DNA from: Octopus bimaculoides | Taxonomy: Eukaryota | NCBI RefSeq assembly: GCF_001194135.2 | Contig: NC_068982.1 | Span: 30,226,966-30,290,965 of the forward strand | Direction: 5' to 3' | DNA length: 64,000 bases | In this document: positions 39,721-53,340 of the stretch, piece after piece | How the letters are laid out: every line of letters begins with the position of its first letter | Position numbering within the stretch: the stretch's first letter is position 1 | The notes under the pieces: model-generated | The model's input: the letters and a program-made list of their open reading frames with translations, nothing else | The model's database searches: none | What the model was told of the DNA's origin: nothing | Translations under genes and position numbers: made by a program

Positions 39721-40839
39721 GATCATACTTTATCACAAATGTACATGTATCCATTTGTTCTACTCTTGCACCTATACTTCTCACTTAAAAATCTCATACA
39801 TATTTCTGAAAAAACGAACAAAGCCAGCCATTTTTCTTTTCCATTTCTGTTTTTTTTTTCTTCTGTTTTGCTCTGTACAAATTGTTTATTTGAAATCTCT
39901 ATGAAGTTATTTTTTTGTGATTGGTGGGTGCATGTATTTAAAACTATGGTGGCATAGAAGTGCGTGTAACTGAAAAGTGTCTATATAAAAGTACATTTAT
40001 TTAATGATGATGTTCACTTTGCTGTTAGCTGCTATGAAAAAAAAAATGAATAAAAAAGTGCTTAGTGTAGTAACAATCTTGTTGATTGCAACTGCAGGGT
40101 CTGCGACGTTAGTTTGAATAATACCTTGTTAAGTTCTGTTATCCCTTTTGGTCACATGTGATAATTTTCTATTCTGTTCTTTTCTGTTTTGGAACTTTTG
40201 AAATTTGATTTTCTTTACCTCAGCTTTTAACTTTACTAGATTCTTTAAAAAGAAGTTTTGTTTCATGCTGTGTGATGCAGTTCTTTGATTATAATTCCAT
40301 TATATATATGTATGTATGTATAGACACACACATACATATATATATATACAAACACATACATGCATACATATGTTATTTTTATGTATATATATAAATTATA
40401 AATATATAAAGATTTTTTTAAACTTTTCTTTTTGTTTAATTTTTTGATCTTTTATGTAAAATTATTTACATATAATACATATAAAACACATTATTTAACT
40501 TTCTTGAGAAACAAAAAACACATATTTGCTGATTCAGATTTTAGTTTCACTTTCATTTTGACATGTACACTTACATGTATGAAAACAAATGAATATGTGG
40601 AATAACATTGAGTGCAGTTTCAAATGTTATGTTATCTCTACTCCTTGTTAGTACTAACTTCTTTACATGACAGTCTAGTACAACTATGAGGTTCTTCAAT
40701 GAAACTGATTGGAGTTTAGAGAGCCAGTGTTGGAGTTGTGACATTCATGTCTCTTCAAGAACATTAACTGAATAAGTTCAACACACAAAGCAGGAATTAA
40801 ATTGAGGTCATTGATGTTGTTCCCCAAATGTTTATGAAG

Positions 40840-41230
40840 GTGCATGGTTTACTGGTCAAAGCATTGGGCTCACAATCATGAGGTACTGAATTTCATTCCC
40901 AGACCGGGCTGTGTGTTGTGTTCTTGAGCAAGACACTTTAACCCACATTGTTCTAGTTCACTCAGCTGTAGAAATGAGTTGCAACGTCATTGGTGTCAAG
41001 GTGTATCTGTCTTTGCCTTTCCCTTCTCCTTTCTCCACACCCTTTCAGTGGTGTGGAGACAGGAGGCTGGTATGCATGGGCGACTGCTGATCTTCCAGAA
41101 ACAACTTTACCAGGACTTGTGCCTCAGAAGAGACAATTTTAGGTGCAATCCCATGGTCATTCATGACCAGAGGGGGATTTTACCCTTTACCCTTATGCAG
41201 AAAGGCATTTGTATTTGTTTGCCCCTACTG
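40840..41230 (+). mobile_element. tRNA-headed SINE, family C
   Basis: GGCTCACAATCATGAGGT..TTCATTCCCAGACCGGGC head, GAGCAAGACACTTTA box and TGCAATCCCATGGTCATTCATGACC 3' part. Confidence 0.7.
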
Positions 41231-41422
41231 CTGGTTCGTTTACAACCCTGCAACTCTGCAATTTGGCATAAGTGACTGATTTTCATCATGATTTCATTAT
41301 TTAAGAAATAAGTACTGGTGGCAATATGCATGACTAAACTCTGCAAGGCAATGCATCAGCATAACTGGAGTCCAATAACTGAAACTAGTAAACACTAAAA
41401 GGTAAAACCTTAAACATTTGTT

Positions 41423-41654
41423 TTAACCCTTTAGCATTCAGATTACTCTGTCAAATATGATGCTTACTTATTTACATTCATTGGAATTTATCATGCATTA
41501 ATTATCTCATAGCTTCAAGATTTCAATAATATCATTTTATGTTCTTAAAATGACATGGTAGAGTATGTGTAAGGGACTAGATCTGGCTGGTTTGAACATA
41601 AAACAGATAGCCTATTTGGGTCGGATATGGCCAGTTTAAATGCTAAAGTGTTAA
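41423..41654 (+). mobile_element. piggyBac-like MITE, family A, near full length
   Basis: TTAACCCTTTAGCATTCAGATTACTCTGTCAAA ... TTTAAATGCTAAAGTGTTAA. Confidence 0.85.
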
Positions 41655-42159
41655 GCTTAATAATCCAATTAATTCAACTTATAGTATGTACTTTATATAA
41701 TGTAATGCCTTGTATTTATCTGAGGAAATGAACTCTCAAATTAAAATTGCCAAGTAGATTGTTGTTCATTATGTATGCAGTGTTTAGTAACTTTGTGTGG
41801 ATCCCAAACTTTTCTCTTCATCTTAATTTGTTTTAAAACATTTTGATTGATATCTTCATTGATATAAGTTATTTAGTAACGATCAGAGATGACACTAGGA
41901 AAGGTATCACAAAGAGAACTAAGATAAAAGATGACAGCTCGAAAATTAAGCCATTAATATATAACTGTAGGTTTTGACTTGTGTTGTATAAAATAATTAG
42001 TACCCTTTCTGTTGTTATGCAACATTTTTAGTTCCTTTCAGTGACATTTTTAATACTGTGGATAATTTTATAGGTCTTTATGACTTTTCTCATTGTCGTC
42101 ATCTCTGAATTCAGGGAAAGTGAAACACATCATGCAGGTCCTTACTGGTGTAGCTTGGA

Positions 42160-42595
42160 TAGTGCTGGATTAACCATTAAGCTAAATAAGCACGTGCTTA
42201 GGGCATCAAGGGAAGGTGGGGGCACCACAGAAATGGTAAATGGTTTACTGCACAAAAAAAAAAAAAAAAATTCACTCTAAACCTGCTAAAATAATAGCCA
42301 GTATGCTTTTATCTCTACTAAGTATAGATGCAGATGTGTTACCTATGATTAATTTTGAGGATCTGATCAAAGACTTTGCAATTCAAGAAAGTAGGAGGAA
42401 ACTTTTCAAATATAAATAAAGTGGAAGTATACAAAAATAAACATTATTTTCCCTCTTACTGTTTTGTTTTGTTTTGGAAAATAAAAATTAATCTTATGGT
42501 TTGTTATTGTTTATATTTTGAATTACATAATCTTTTATGGGGGCACCAAAATCTTTCAGGTGTTTAGGGCCTCAATGGATTTTAATCCGGCCCTG
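42160..42595 (+). mobile_element. hAT MITE with 8-bp TSD
   Basis: TIRs TAGTGCTGGATTAA and TTAATCCGGCCCTG; TSD AGCTTGGA/AGTTTGGA (7 of 8 match). Confidence 0.8.
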
Positions 42596-42999
42596 AGTTT
42601 GGATGAAATATCTAATGATCTCTTTCTCTAGAAAACATGGCCGTATAAGTATCAGTAGACTAAGAAGTGCATATATTGATCAACTTGTGAAAGATGCTGT
42701 ATAGTTGGGGATATGAAGAGCGCTTTAAAGGATTGGATCATCTATCACAGAAGAGTTGCATTGAGCAACTCTCCTAACTGGATAGATGGAAAGATCATGG
42801 CTTATCTGAACCTCTTTCATAAATCCTTTTGAGTCTGTGCTTGGTTTTATGATACAAAATTCAGGTTTTGAACAGAATTTGAAGAAATTTTGATAACAAA
42901 AAGAAATGAAAATCTACCTCCATAGAACATGAAGTTTAAAATCTCTATACATTAATCAAATTGCTTATAGAACAAAGATTACCCAGGAAGAGACATTTG

Positions 43000-43310
43000 A
43001 GCAAGGTCGTTGCCAGTGCCACTGGACTGACTCCTGTACAGGTGGCACGTAAAAAACACCATTTGAATGTGGCCATTGCCAGTAGCGGCCCTTGTGCTAG
43101 TGGCACGTAAAAGCACGTAGTGGGTAAAAGTACGTTGTGGGTAAAAGCACCCACGGAGTGTAGTGGGTGCTTTTACTCTCGGAGTGGTTGGTGTTAGGAA
43201 GGGCATCCAGCTGTAGAAACTCTGCCAGCCATCTGGTTCGCCAGTCCTCAGTCAAATCGTCCAACCCATGGTAGCATGGAAAGCGGACATTAAACGATGA
43301 TGATGAACCA
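43000..43310 (+). mobile_element. RTE-type 3' tail
   Basis: GGCACGTAAAA units, GAAGGGCATCCAGCTGTAGAAAC and CCAACCCATGGTAGCATGGAAAGCGGACATTAAACGATGATGATG. Confidence 0.8.
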
Positions 43311-43832
43311 TTACCCAAATGTTTTTCTGAATATCAAAGCCCAAGGGAAGCAGTTTTCTGTACTAAAAAATCCATAACATCTTTGACCAATAAACCAAAC
43401 CTCACAAATGAAAAAAACAAGATATACCTTAAATAACAACAACAAGTAAAGAAAAGAAATGACCAGCCAAAACTTACCATATACCTATGTTCTTTGGTGA
43501 AGGAAAAGAAAAGTTGACACACCCAGTTATTAAGGGCTTAAATGCTGGACTTTGTACCTTTGATCTTTATATTGTCAAAGCAAAAGGATTAAATCCAATG
43601 ATTGTCTATTTAACAAAGGAGAAACACCGACACACTTGTTTATAAAGTTCTGCATACTTGAATAAATTCTAAAAAATAACATAACCCCAAATTTAATCAA
43701 TAAAAATTTCTCGAAACACCTCTCCATAACAACCAACCCTAAAAACCTTAATTATCACTCCACTCAAACACATACCGAAGGAAGATTTTAACTCAACAAA
43801 GACTATGTAAAGGCAAGACTAACTCTAATGCA

Positions 43833-43881
43833 TTGCAGTCTGATGATTGGTTAGCTAGCCAAAACTTCAAAGTCACTGTAG
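43833..43881 (+). ncRNA. Type-I hammerhead ribozyme motif with G12A
   Basis: UUGCAGU-CUGAUGA-uu-GGUU(agcu)AGCC-aAAA-CU(ucaa)AG-UC-ACUGUAG; 7-bp stem I (two G-U pairs), closed stem III and GUC site. Confidence 0.7.
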
Positions 43882-45067
43882 ATAACATTAAGAATAATAT
43901 ATTTGTACTCTACAAAAGTATAGAGTAACCAATCAGATTAATGTAAAATTGCTTTCAAATTAACTAAACAGACAACACACACACACACACACACATACTT
44001 ACATATTTGTATACACACATACACACACACACATATATATACATATATATTGTACACACACATGAACACACACACACACACACACACTCACATATATGTA
44101 TAAATGCATATTTTTATATATGTATATATATACCTGTGTATGTGTAAGCACACACTCACATACATATATATATATATATGTCTTAAAATGTGAAGGGAAT
44201 GGTGTAGAGGACTGAGAGAGTGAGAGAAATGAAATTGGTGTTTGAATATGTGGGAATTGATTGAAGCTTTTCATTTCATGAAAGTGAGTTGTTTCAGTGT
44301 ATACTGGATTAATGAAGATAAGAGCGTGAAGAGACAGCTTCAAGGTTTTGTCTGAAACCTTTCTTTGTGAACCCCTCATAACCACATCAGAAAACTATAT
44401 AAATTTCCATAACTTGATATCTAGGATTTTCCAATTCTTTCCGATAACAATGAGATTTACTATAAAGTAACATTTTTTCAATTTTATTTATTTTTATTTT
44501 TCTATTTGTTTATTTTGTTAGTCAGTGGATTGAGTCAATTATGATGTAAATAATCACCACCCAGAGGCAGCTACCAACCATAATTTTAATTGTATATTTT
44601 TTTCATTTTGTTTTGGACAAAAGAAGTGTTGTTTCCAAAACTGAAGTACAATTTAAAAACATTAATGAGAATATTGATTTTGTTTCTTCTTTGTTTTATA
44701 TTTTCCTAAAGTGCATTGATGTAAATTAATCAGATGTCCATGAAGATTAAGAAGAAGCAGAAGAAAAATAAAGGGGGATAGCATCTAGAGTTCATTGGAC
44801 ATATTTTCATCATATTGTTGAATGAAGTATTTATTTCCTGAATACATCTTCATTTATAAACCGAAAAATCAGATTGTGTGGCATTCCTTTATATAAAGAA
44901 ATATAAGGGTTTAATATTTGTAGTGTTAGTAATAGGAAATAAGATACATTTTGCATATAACTGAATTATTATTGCTAGTTGGTTTGTTTGAAAGTCTTTG
45001 GCTTATCACATTTATTTTTCTCCATTTATTAGCCTAACAGATAAGGGAGCTTTGTAAGTGTTCATAA

Positions 45068-45103
<36 letters not shown>

Positions 45104-45844
45104 GTTTGTTTTAATAGATAGTTCCATAGATAGTATGGCACATCACTAAAACTGATATTATGGCAACTTGACTCACTTAAAATATTTGCCTTAACATATT
45201 TTTTCTATATTTATAAAGATGACATAATGTACCTTTGTGAGTATTCAAAATTTATTGACATTTTTGTTTTTAATAGAGAGTTAAGAGCAGTCAAGTACCA
45301 CTCTGAAATTTATGATATAACTGGATTGTTACGGCAAGCTGGTCCACTTAGATTATTTGCTCATATATTCTCTATACTTATGAAGCTGACATAATATACC
45401 TTTGTAGGTGTCTTTTTGTTTTCAATAGATAGCTGTTGGTTTTTTGAGGGTGTGTTAGGGGGGACAGTTGGTAGCAGTCCTGCACAATTTTCATGCTGAT
45501 GGTGTGGTAGTGTTTTCTAGGGTTTTCTATCAATTTTATGAACTTGGTTTTGATAAACAGTTATGGGCTGAGTTTGCCTATTGAGTTATTCTGAGAATAT
45601 TATCTCTCCTCAGAGATAAATACCACCTGTGGGGCTGTTGGTGTTAGGAAGAGCATCCAACCATAAAAGCCATACCAAAACAGACACAAAAGTCTGGTGC
45701 AGTCTTCTGCCTGGCCGGCTCCTGTCAAACCGTTCAACCCATGCCAGCATGGAAGGCGGACATTAAACAATGATGATGATGATGATTTGAACTCGTGTAT
45801 ACAAACACAAGTCAAAATCTTAGCCTCGTTGCTAGCTTGTCACA

Positions 45845-46063
45845 ACCCCTTTTGTATTTAAACTGATCATATCCAGCCCAAATATTCTACCTCTGGTTTA
45901 TTAAAACTGCCCAGAGCTGGCATCTCACATCGACCCAGCACTGTCATTCTAAAAATAAATTATTAGAACATCAAAATCTACAAGATAATACATGATTAAT
46001 TCAAACGAATCTGAATAAATAAGCATTACATTTGACAAAATAATCTGAATGCTAAAGGTTTAA
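45845..46063 (-). mobile_element. piggyBac-like MITE, family A
   Basis: Reverse-complement family-A body ending TAATCTGAATGCTAAAGGTTTAA. Confidence 0.75.
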
Positions 46064-47014
46064 GATTTAACATACTCAACACCAATTTTCAATTCAAACT
46101 CTGATATTTGACTTTCCAAATCTCTCTTATTTTTCTTCATAGCAATGCAATTTGTCTGTCAGTTAATACAGAACTTTAATATTAACATCGAAACAGTGTG
46201 TCTCATGGACATATAGGGGGAATTATGTGATGTTTTGTGATATAACCATTATTTTAGAGTAGTTGTTTAAATTAGGAAATGTTATTGATTTCTCTGTTAA
46301 CAAACCCAGCCAATACAGAATAGTTTTGTTTTTATTTCTGTGGAATTTTTTCCTGAGTATTTTGTAATTTTCTATTTATATATGAAAGCTATTCTATGTT
46401 ATTCAGTAAAATGTTTCTGCTTTCAAATGCATACACAGGAAATATAAATTTAGAAGCCTGATCAGAATCTGATGATAAATCATTTTATAATTCATAATTT
46501 CAAATAGTTCTAGTGAAAAGCATTTCATAAATTTATTATGATGTTTAATGTTCACTATTTCATTGATTAATTCTGTATATCATCCATTCTGATAGAAGTG
46601 GTAATGTAAAACCTTACTTCTCTACATTTCATTTTGAATGGTGTTGAAGGGAGGAAATATCTTGCATCCCTTAATTATTTGTTTGTATTGAGGGAAATAT
46701 TAATTCAGTATTACACTATGTACTGTGAGGGTTGCTTTTGAAGGATCATGTAAAGGATTACAATATTTTAATTTATTTGTCTAAGTATTTTACATTATGT
46801 GTTAGTAATGGCATGCATTTTTATGAATTTGAACAAGAGTGAGTAGTATTTCTGATCCTTTGGCATTTAAACCAGCCATATCTAACCCAAATATTCTAGT
46901 ATTTTTATATCAACAATGACAAGATCCAGCCTCTCACATCTGCCCTACACTCTCATCCTAAAAATAAACAATCAAATTAATCAAAATCTCAGTGACAAAA
47001 TAATGTATGGTTTG

Positions 47015-47238
47015 TGCAAAACAATGGTTTCAAATTTTGCCACAAGGGCAGCAGTTTGAGGAAGGGGCTTAGTCGATTACATCAACCACAGTGTTTAACT
47101 AGTACTTATTCTATCGACCCTGACAAGATGAAAGGCAAAGTCAAACTTGGTGGAATCTGAACTCAGAACGTAAAGGTGGACAAAATACCACCAAGCATTT
47201 TGCCTGATGGGCTAATAATTCTGGCATCTTGCCACTTT
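47015..47238 (-). mobile_element. SINE family B
   Basis: AGTCGATTACATCAACC...GATGAAAGGCAAAGTC...GAACTCAGAACGTAAAG core. Confidence 0.75.
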
Positions 47239-49601
47239 ATGCAAAATTATGTGAATAAGTATGCATTACATTTGGCAGTGTAATCTGTAAAATGTAATCT
47301 ATCAAAAGTATTAAAATTACCCTTGCAAATTTGCTGTTTTGTGACTGCTACCCTCAACTTGCCTTATTCTTTTGCATACCTTTTCCTCTGTGTATTTATG
47401 TGTGTGTTTGTGGGTTTTCTCATGGAAAGAGTAAGAATTTTAATACAGGTAATATTAAATAGACATTTCAAGATATCATCTGGAACCTTTTCATAGAAAA
47501 CAAACATAACCACATATTAGACTGTATGAGTTTCCATAATTAAATTTCTTGAGTAATAATCCAAATGAATTTTATTGATAACAATCGATAACTAATTACG
47601 AGATTAGTTTAATTATTATGGTGATTGTTTTTTTTTTTTTATAGTTATTAATTTGTGCTAATCTTCGTCTAATTTATGAAATTAAATTCTCTAACAATTT
47701 TATGCAAATTTTTGTGAGTTAGGACTATGTGCGTAGGTATGTATTTAGAAAAATCGAACTTGGTTTCCATAGTATGTGGTCCTACATTATTTATTTTTTA
47801 CTTGTGTTTCAATCATTGGACAGCAGCAATACTGAGGCATTTGCCTTGAGAAGTTAAGTCAAACCAATCATCCCCAGTACTTTTTTTGTTTTTAATGTTT
47901 GGCTGTACTTATTCTTTTGGTCTCTTTTGCTAAACCACCAAGTCATGAGAATGTAAACAAACCAACACCTGTTGACAAGTGGTAGGGGACAAACCAAGAC
48001 ACACACACACACATTTATGTCTGCCTGCCTGCTTATATGTATGTATGTATATATATATATATATGTACACCAATTATGCACTGGAGTCGATGTAATCGAC
48101 TTAATCCCTTTGTCTGTCCTTGTTTGTCCCCTCTATGTTTAGCCCCCTTTGGGCAATAAAGAAATAAGTTTCTATCTACCATGTCCACTTGAAAGGCTTT
48201 TAGAAGACACATGCCCAAGGTGCCACACAGTAGGACTGAATAGAAACAATGTGGCTAGGAACCATTCTTTTACCGACATGCACATAACTGCACCTATTTG
48301 TTGCATGTTTTTTTTTCTTCTTTTTATCCTTCTGATGTTATAAGTTCTGCCCACGTAACAACAGATTGTTTTAAACGTTGAAACATATAAAGGAGTAGAA
48401 TATGAAAATCACATTGAAACTTGAACAGAGAAGATTTACAAATACTGCTAATAGTGTAACTGTCAAGAATTTTACAATTTTCATCTCTGATAATAGAAAA
48501 CTATTTACAAAACTCAGATAGAAACTTTATTGTCTATTGTAAGTAGATCACTTGGGTTTAATGATTGTCTTTTGTTACTTCAGGTCTGCACTGAAGTTTA
48601 TTTTCTGTTAGTTTTTCAAAAAAAGAAAAGTTTTCCTCTATTTGACTATCTAATCCACCAACGACCATCAGATCAGGTAAAAGAAATTTATCAGAAATGT
48701 TGTTGACTTATAGTTAATAATTGACAGTTGTTTCTATGTCTTTATATCATAGAATCTCCAAACCTGCCATAAAGAACCATCTTATTCGTTTCGTCTTTTG
48801 TTTAGTCTCCAGCATACTTAGTCTCAAGCAATTGAAGCTTAATTGAAACCTTTCCAATATTTCTTTAATTTTATTCTACTGCTTACTATACTTGTTAGCA
48901 GGGATATTCTAACACATTCCAAACAATTACTTGAGATGTAGCCTTTCTTATTTGGTTTTATCTTGTCTGCTGTCTGTTGTCGACTATATCTGATTATCAT
49001 GTTAACAATTTGAAGAACATATTTCCCCTTTATTCTATAGTTTACATATTCAGCAATGAACTGGATTTATTCCTTTTCATAACAACTCACTTGAAACTGA
49101 CTTTTGGCTCTGTGAAACAGATTTCATTCTAAGGTGATCTAAATCCAATCAAAATTTTGTGTTGATTTATGTTCCGAGCAGATTAATAATGGCAATGTTA
49201 TTTCAGTAAATTCTTAAATATTTTCAAAATCATTTCTAACAAAAATAGTGTATTTTAACAGAAATCTGGTAACAAAAGTGTTAAATGTTCAAGAAATCAG
49301 CTCAATTCCATTCAGGGCCTTTAGATTTTATTTTCATTCTTGCATCAATAATAATGTTTGTTAATTTGATTGATAAAAAAGAAGACATCTCATACAGATT
49401 ATTTTGATTTCATGTGATTCCCTTCTGGACAGATTACTAGATTATTATAGCTTATATTTTGTTTTAGTTTTGTCGAAACATTAGACACCTCTTACTCGCA
49501 TATGTTGCCTTCCTATTTCAGCATAAGGAAAGGAGAGAATGCACAGCTATATTCACGTTATTTATAGGAATGTAGAACAAGCAAAATAATATTTTGTTCA
49601 T

Positions 49602-49771
49602 AGGCACAGGAGCGGCTGTGTGATAAGTAGCTTGCTTACCAGTGACATGGTTCTGGGTTCAGTCCCCCTGTGTGGCACCTTGAGCAAGTGTCTTCTACCA
49701 TAGCCTCCAGCCAACCAAAGTCTTGTGAGTGGATTTGGTAGACCAAAACTGAAAGAAGCCTATTGTATGTT

Positions 49772-49856
<85 letters not shown>

Positions 49857-50073
49857 ATGTGTCTGTGTTTGTCCCCCCCCCCCACCAACATCGCTTTACA
49901 ACGAATGCTGGTGTGTTTACATTCCCGTAACTTAGCGGTTCAGCAAAATAAACCGATAGAATAAGTACTAGGCTTACTAAGAATAAGTCCTGGAGTTGAT
50001 TTCCTCTACTAATGGTGGTACTCCAGCACGGCTGCAGTCAAATGATTGAAATAAGTAAAAGAATAAAAGAATA
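49602..50073 (+). mobile_element. Full-length tRNA-headed SINE, family A
   Basis: AGGCACAGGAGCGGCTGTGTGATAAG head, (TA)n(TG)n centre and AAAAGAATAAAAGAATA tail. Confidence 0.9.
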
Positions 50074-51020
50074 ATAGGAACTATATCTAACATAAGCACA
50101 CACCCAGGATTTGATTTGGGGTCAATTATACCAACTCCTGTGGTAGTTGAACTCAGAACTTAATTCAGACTAAAAGGGACTTTTTTTTTAAAGTCTTTTT
50201 TTGTTTCTTTCTTAAAGTTATGTGGATATGTAATTGTAGAGCAATCGAAAGAGTTGCATCTTTTGCTATTGTTGGGATGCTTTGCTATGCTTAGATGACA
50301 TTAGTCTGAACAAGCAAGAAATTCTCTTAACCCTGAATTTTGAGATATGTGCCATTATTCAACCAAAAGATTTATATAATTGAAGTATATGTCTTCTTCA
50401 TTGTGGTCTGTCTGTCTGTCCGTCTGTCTGTCTCCCTGTGCCCCCCTCCCCTCCCCCTCTCCTGCCTCCTCCCTCCCTCCCTATTCTTTTCGTTAATAAG
50501 CATATTTCATTCTGCTATATGTTACTGTTAATATTATGGAGACTCAGATGATCTTTTCCCCTACTATACACAGGTGACTGATTCAAACTTTGTGCATATT
50601 CAATGTATCTTTGAAAGGGTTAAATCTTAACTAGCAATTTAAGGAAAAAAGGGGAAAAAAATTGCACTTCTGAATGGATTCAGTGAACTTGTAATGACCT
50701 AAACATCACAAGAAAATTCTAATCTACCATCTAAATGATTCCCTTTATTCCAAATTCTTTTCCTTAAATATCTTTTTTCTAGCATTAAACTCACTTAAAT
50801 TTTCAGTGTAGGGGTGGAAAACCCACCAAATCTCTTAAAATACAGCAACAGATAAGGTCTTCTTGCTTTGTGTAAGTCACAAGCTTCTTTAATCAGAAAG
50901 AATAATGGAAAAGGAAATTCTTTTTAAATATAAAATTGAAGTTTAATCTTTTAATACACTGTTGAGGAAGATATTTTGAAATAGTAGGATGTGGATGGGA
51001 GGAAAAGTGACTTCAGCTCT

Positions 51021-51431
51021 CTCTTTTACTCTCTTTTGCTTGTTTCAGTCATTTGACTGCGGCCATGCTAGAGCACCACATTTACTCGAGCAAATCAACC
51101 CCGGGACTTATTCTTTGTAAGCCTAGTACTTATTCTATCGACTCTCTTTTGCCTAACCGCTAAGTGACGGAGACATAAACACACCAGCATTGGCTGTCAA
51201 ACAATGCTAGGGGGACAAACACAGACACACAAGCATACACACACACACATACATATATATGACGGTTTCCTTTCAGTTTCCATCTACTAAATCCCCTCAC
51301 AAGGCTTTGGTCGGGCCGAGACTATAGTAGAAGACACTTGCCCAAAATGCCATGCAGTGGGACTGAACCCGAAGCCGTATGGTTGGTAATCAAGCTACTT
51401 ACCACACAGCCTCTCTTGCACCACTCCTGTA
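51021..51431 (-). mobile_element. Full-length tRNA-headed SINE, family A
   Basis: Reverse complement of the 49602 copy. Confidence 0.9.
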
Positions 51432-51999
51432 CAAGATAATTAAACCATTCCTTCAACAGGTTAAGAAAAACATTTATCTAGAACAATATTATGATTAAGA
51501 GAAAGGCAAGAGCTTCCTCAGTGAATAATATAAATAAGTGTTCCTGATTTAGGTACAAAGCAAACAAATTTGAGGGAATGAGGGTTAATTAATACTGAAC
51601 ATACCAGTACTTGACGGGTAATTTTTGTTATTGACCCCAGAATGATGACTACAGCAGAATTTGAACTCAAACTGTAAAGAGCTGGAAAAATTATCACAAG
51701 GAATTTTTTTTTTTAATGTTCTAATGAAGTTGCCAGCTCATTGTCCTAAAATATTGTTTGTAATTTATGTACAATGCCAGCAATTCATGAGGTGGGATTC
51801 TTTTAAATTGATCCTGATACTTGACTAGTAGTGTATTTTATCAAATCTGAGGAACGAAAGGCTAAGTTGACCTCGAAAGGATTTGAATTTTGAATGTTTA
51901 ACTCTGGGACAAATGCGCAAATACATCAATCTGTACCATGAGATCAAAAGAACCCATTGTGTATGCTATAGACGTTTTCTGCAATCTGATTGGAGTACA

Positions 52000-53340
52000 A
52001 GGTAGCAATGATCTACTGATTAGCTACTCAAAGTAAGCTGAAGACAAGTGTATTATGCATATACCAAAAAATATTTGGAATTTACTTTGACAATAGTTTG
52101 CTGGTGAACAAGATCTAAGCATTATTATCAACAATGACCTTAAGAGTGACCCCATTTCTAAAACTGTCAAAACTGTTGAAGGTCTCTTAGCGTCAGTTAG
52201 TAAGAGTGATGTTGTGTCTGCTGCAGACTTGCTAACTGTTTCAGCTATAGTATGTCCACATAGTTTGCATCTCCAGTTCAAATCCCCGTTTTGTCCAGCA
52301 TATGAATCAGCTAGAGATGTGCTTCCAAATAAATATCCTCTATCAGTCACTTACAATTTCTTGAGAATCTTGCTTCTCACGGGATCAACACTCTAAAGCA
52401 TCTGATTTACTTGAATCTGCAAGAGTATCCACAATCTTTCCAACAGCAACTACGACTACTACATTTTTGAATTTAATATCTTTACCCTTTATGGGCATGT
52501 GTATAATATTAAAAAAAAAAGCAGAAAAAATACTATACAGCACGCATGATTTAGCAGCGTTTGTTCACATTCAGAATTGAGTTGCTTCAACTTTTGGTAG
52601 GATTCACCTGGGTTGGGTTGACCCATCTCCAATTGTTTGGAGTTTCAAGTTTGCATGTGATCCCCAGTCACATGCATACATACAGTGGGGAAACATGATC
52701 CATAACAACATCTTGCTGTCGATTGTTGACCAAGTCACTGCCAATTATGAGAGCAAATATAGCCCGGATTTGAAGCAAGTTTTAGAGACATGCCTTAACA
52801 AAAGCTAAGGGTTGCCTCACTCTCAGTGCTCTTCCAGCACACCGGACTCCAACCTGGAATTTTTGATGTTCTGTGCTATTGGTAGTTAGTTGTTGAACTA
52901 GACTAGGTTCAACCAACCTTTTGACCAGTCTTGCTTTCAGTCCTGCTGGGTTTCTAGCAACCTTCACCAGGCAAGCTTTGTTGGGTGCTGGTTTAGTCAC
53001 CAATGACTCAACAATGCAACAGGTTGTACTGGATTCCATTTTACCAATAACACACATAAGAGAGCTCGCAAGTGACCTGACACTATTCAGAATTGCCCAT
53101 GCATAATACAATCTCCCACTTGCATAAGTTGTTTTGTTGGCAAAGTACTGCATCCTTCAAAAATGCCATGCTTCCTGAAATTTACCAACATTACTCCTGA
53201 TGTCTCTATGCACACTTAGTCTTTTACTTTCACTTTCTTGTTCTTCTTGTGTTTTATCCTGAGTGCTCAACATGTCTCTTTAACCAACATTGTCATCTTC
53301 CTTTACTTGACTTATTGTTGCTTTTTCTCACTTCTTTTGC
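52000..53340 (-). mobile_element. Decayed coding-like segment, possibly an LTR-retrotransposon pol remnant
   Basis: Less AT-rich than its flanks, with many broken frames. One minus frame reads FRNGVTLKVIVDNNA*ILFTSKLLSK, loosely like the Gypsy integrase VIVSDNG.QFTS. Weak. Confidence 0.25.
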
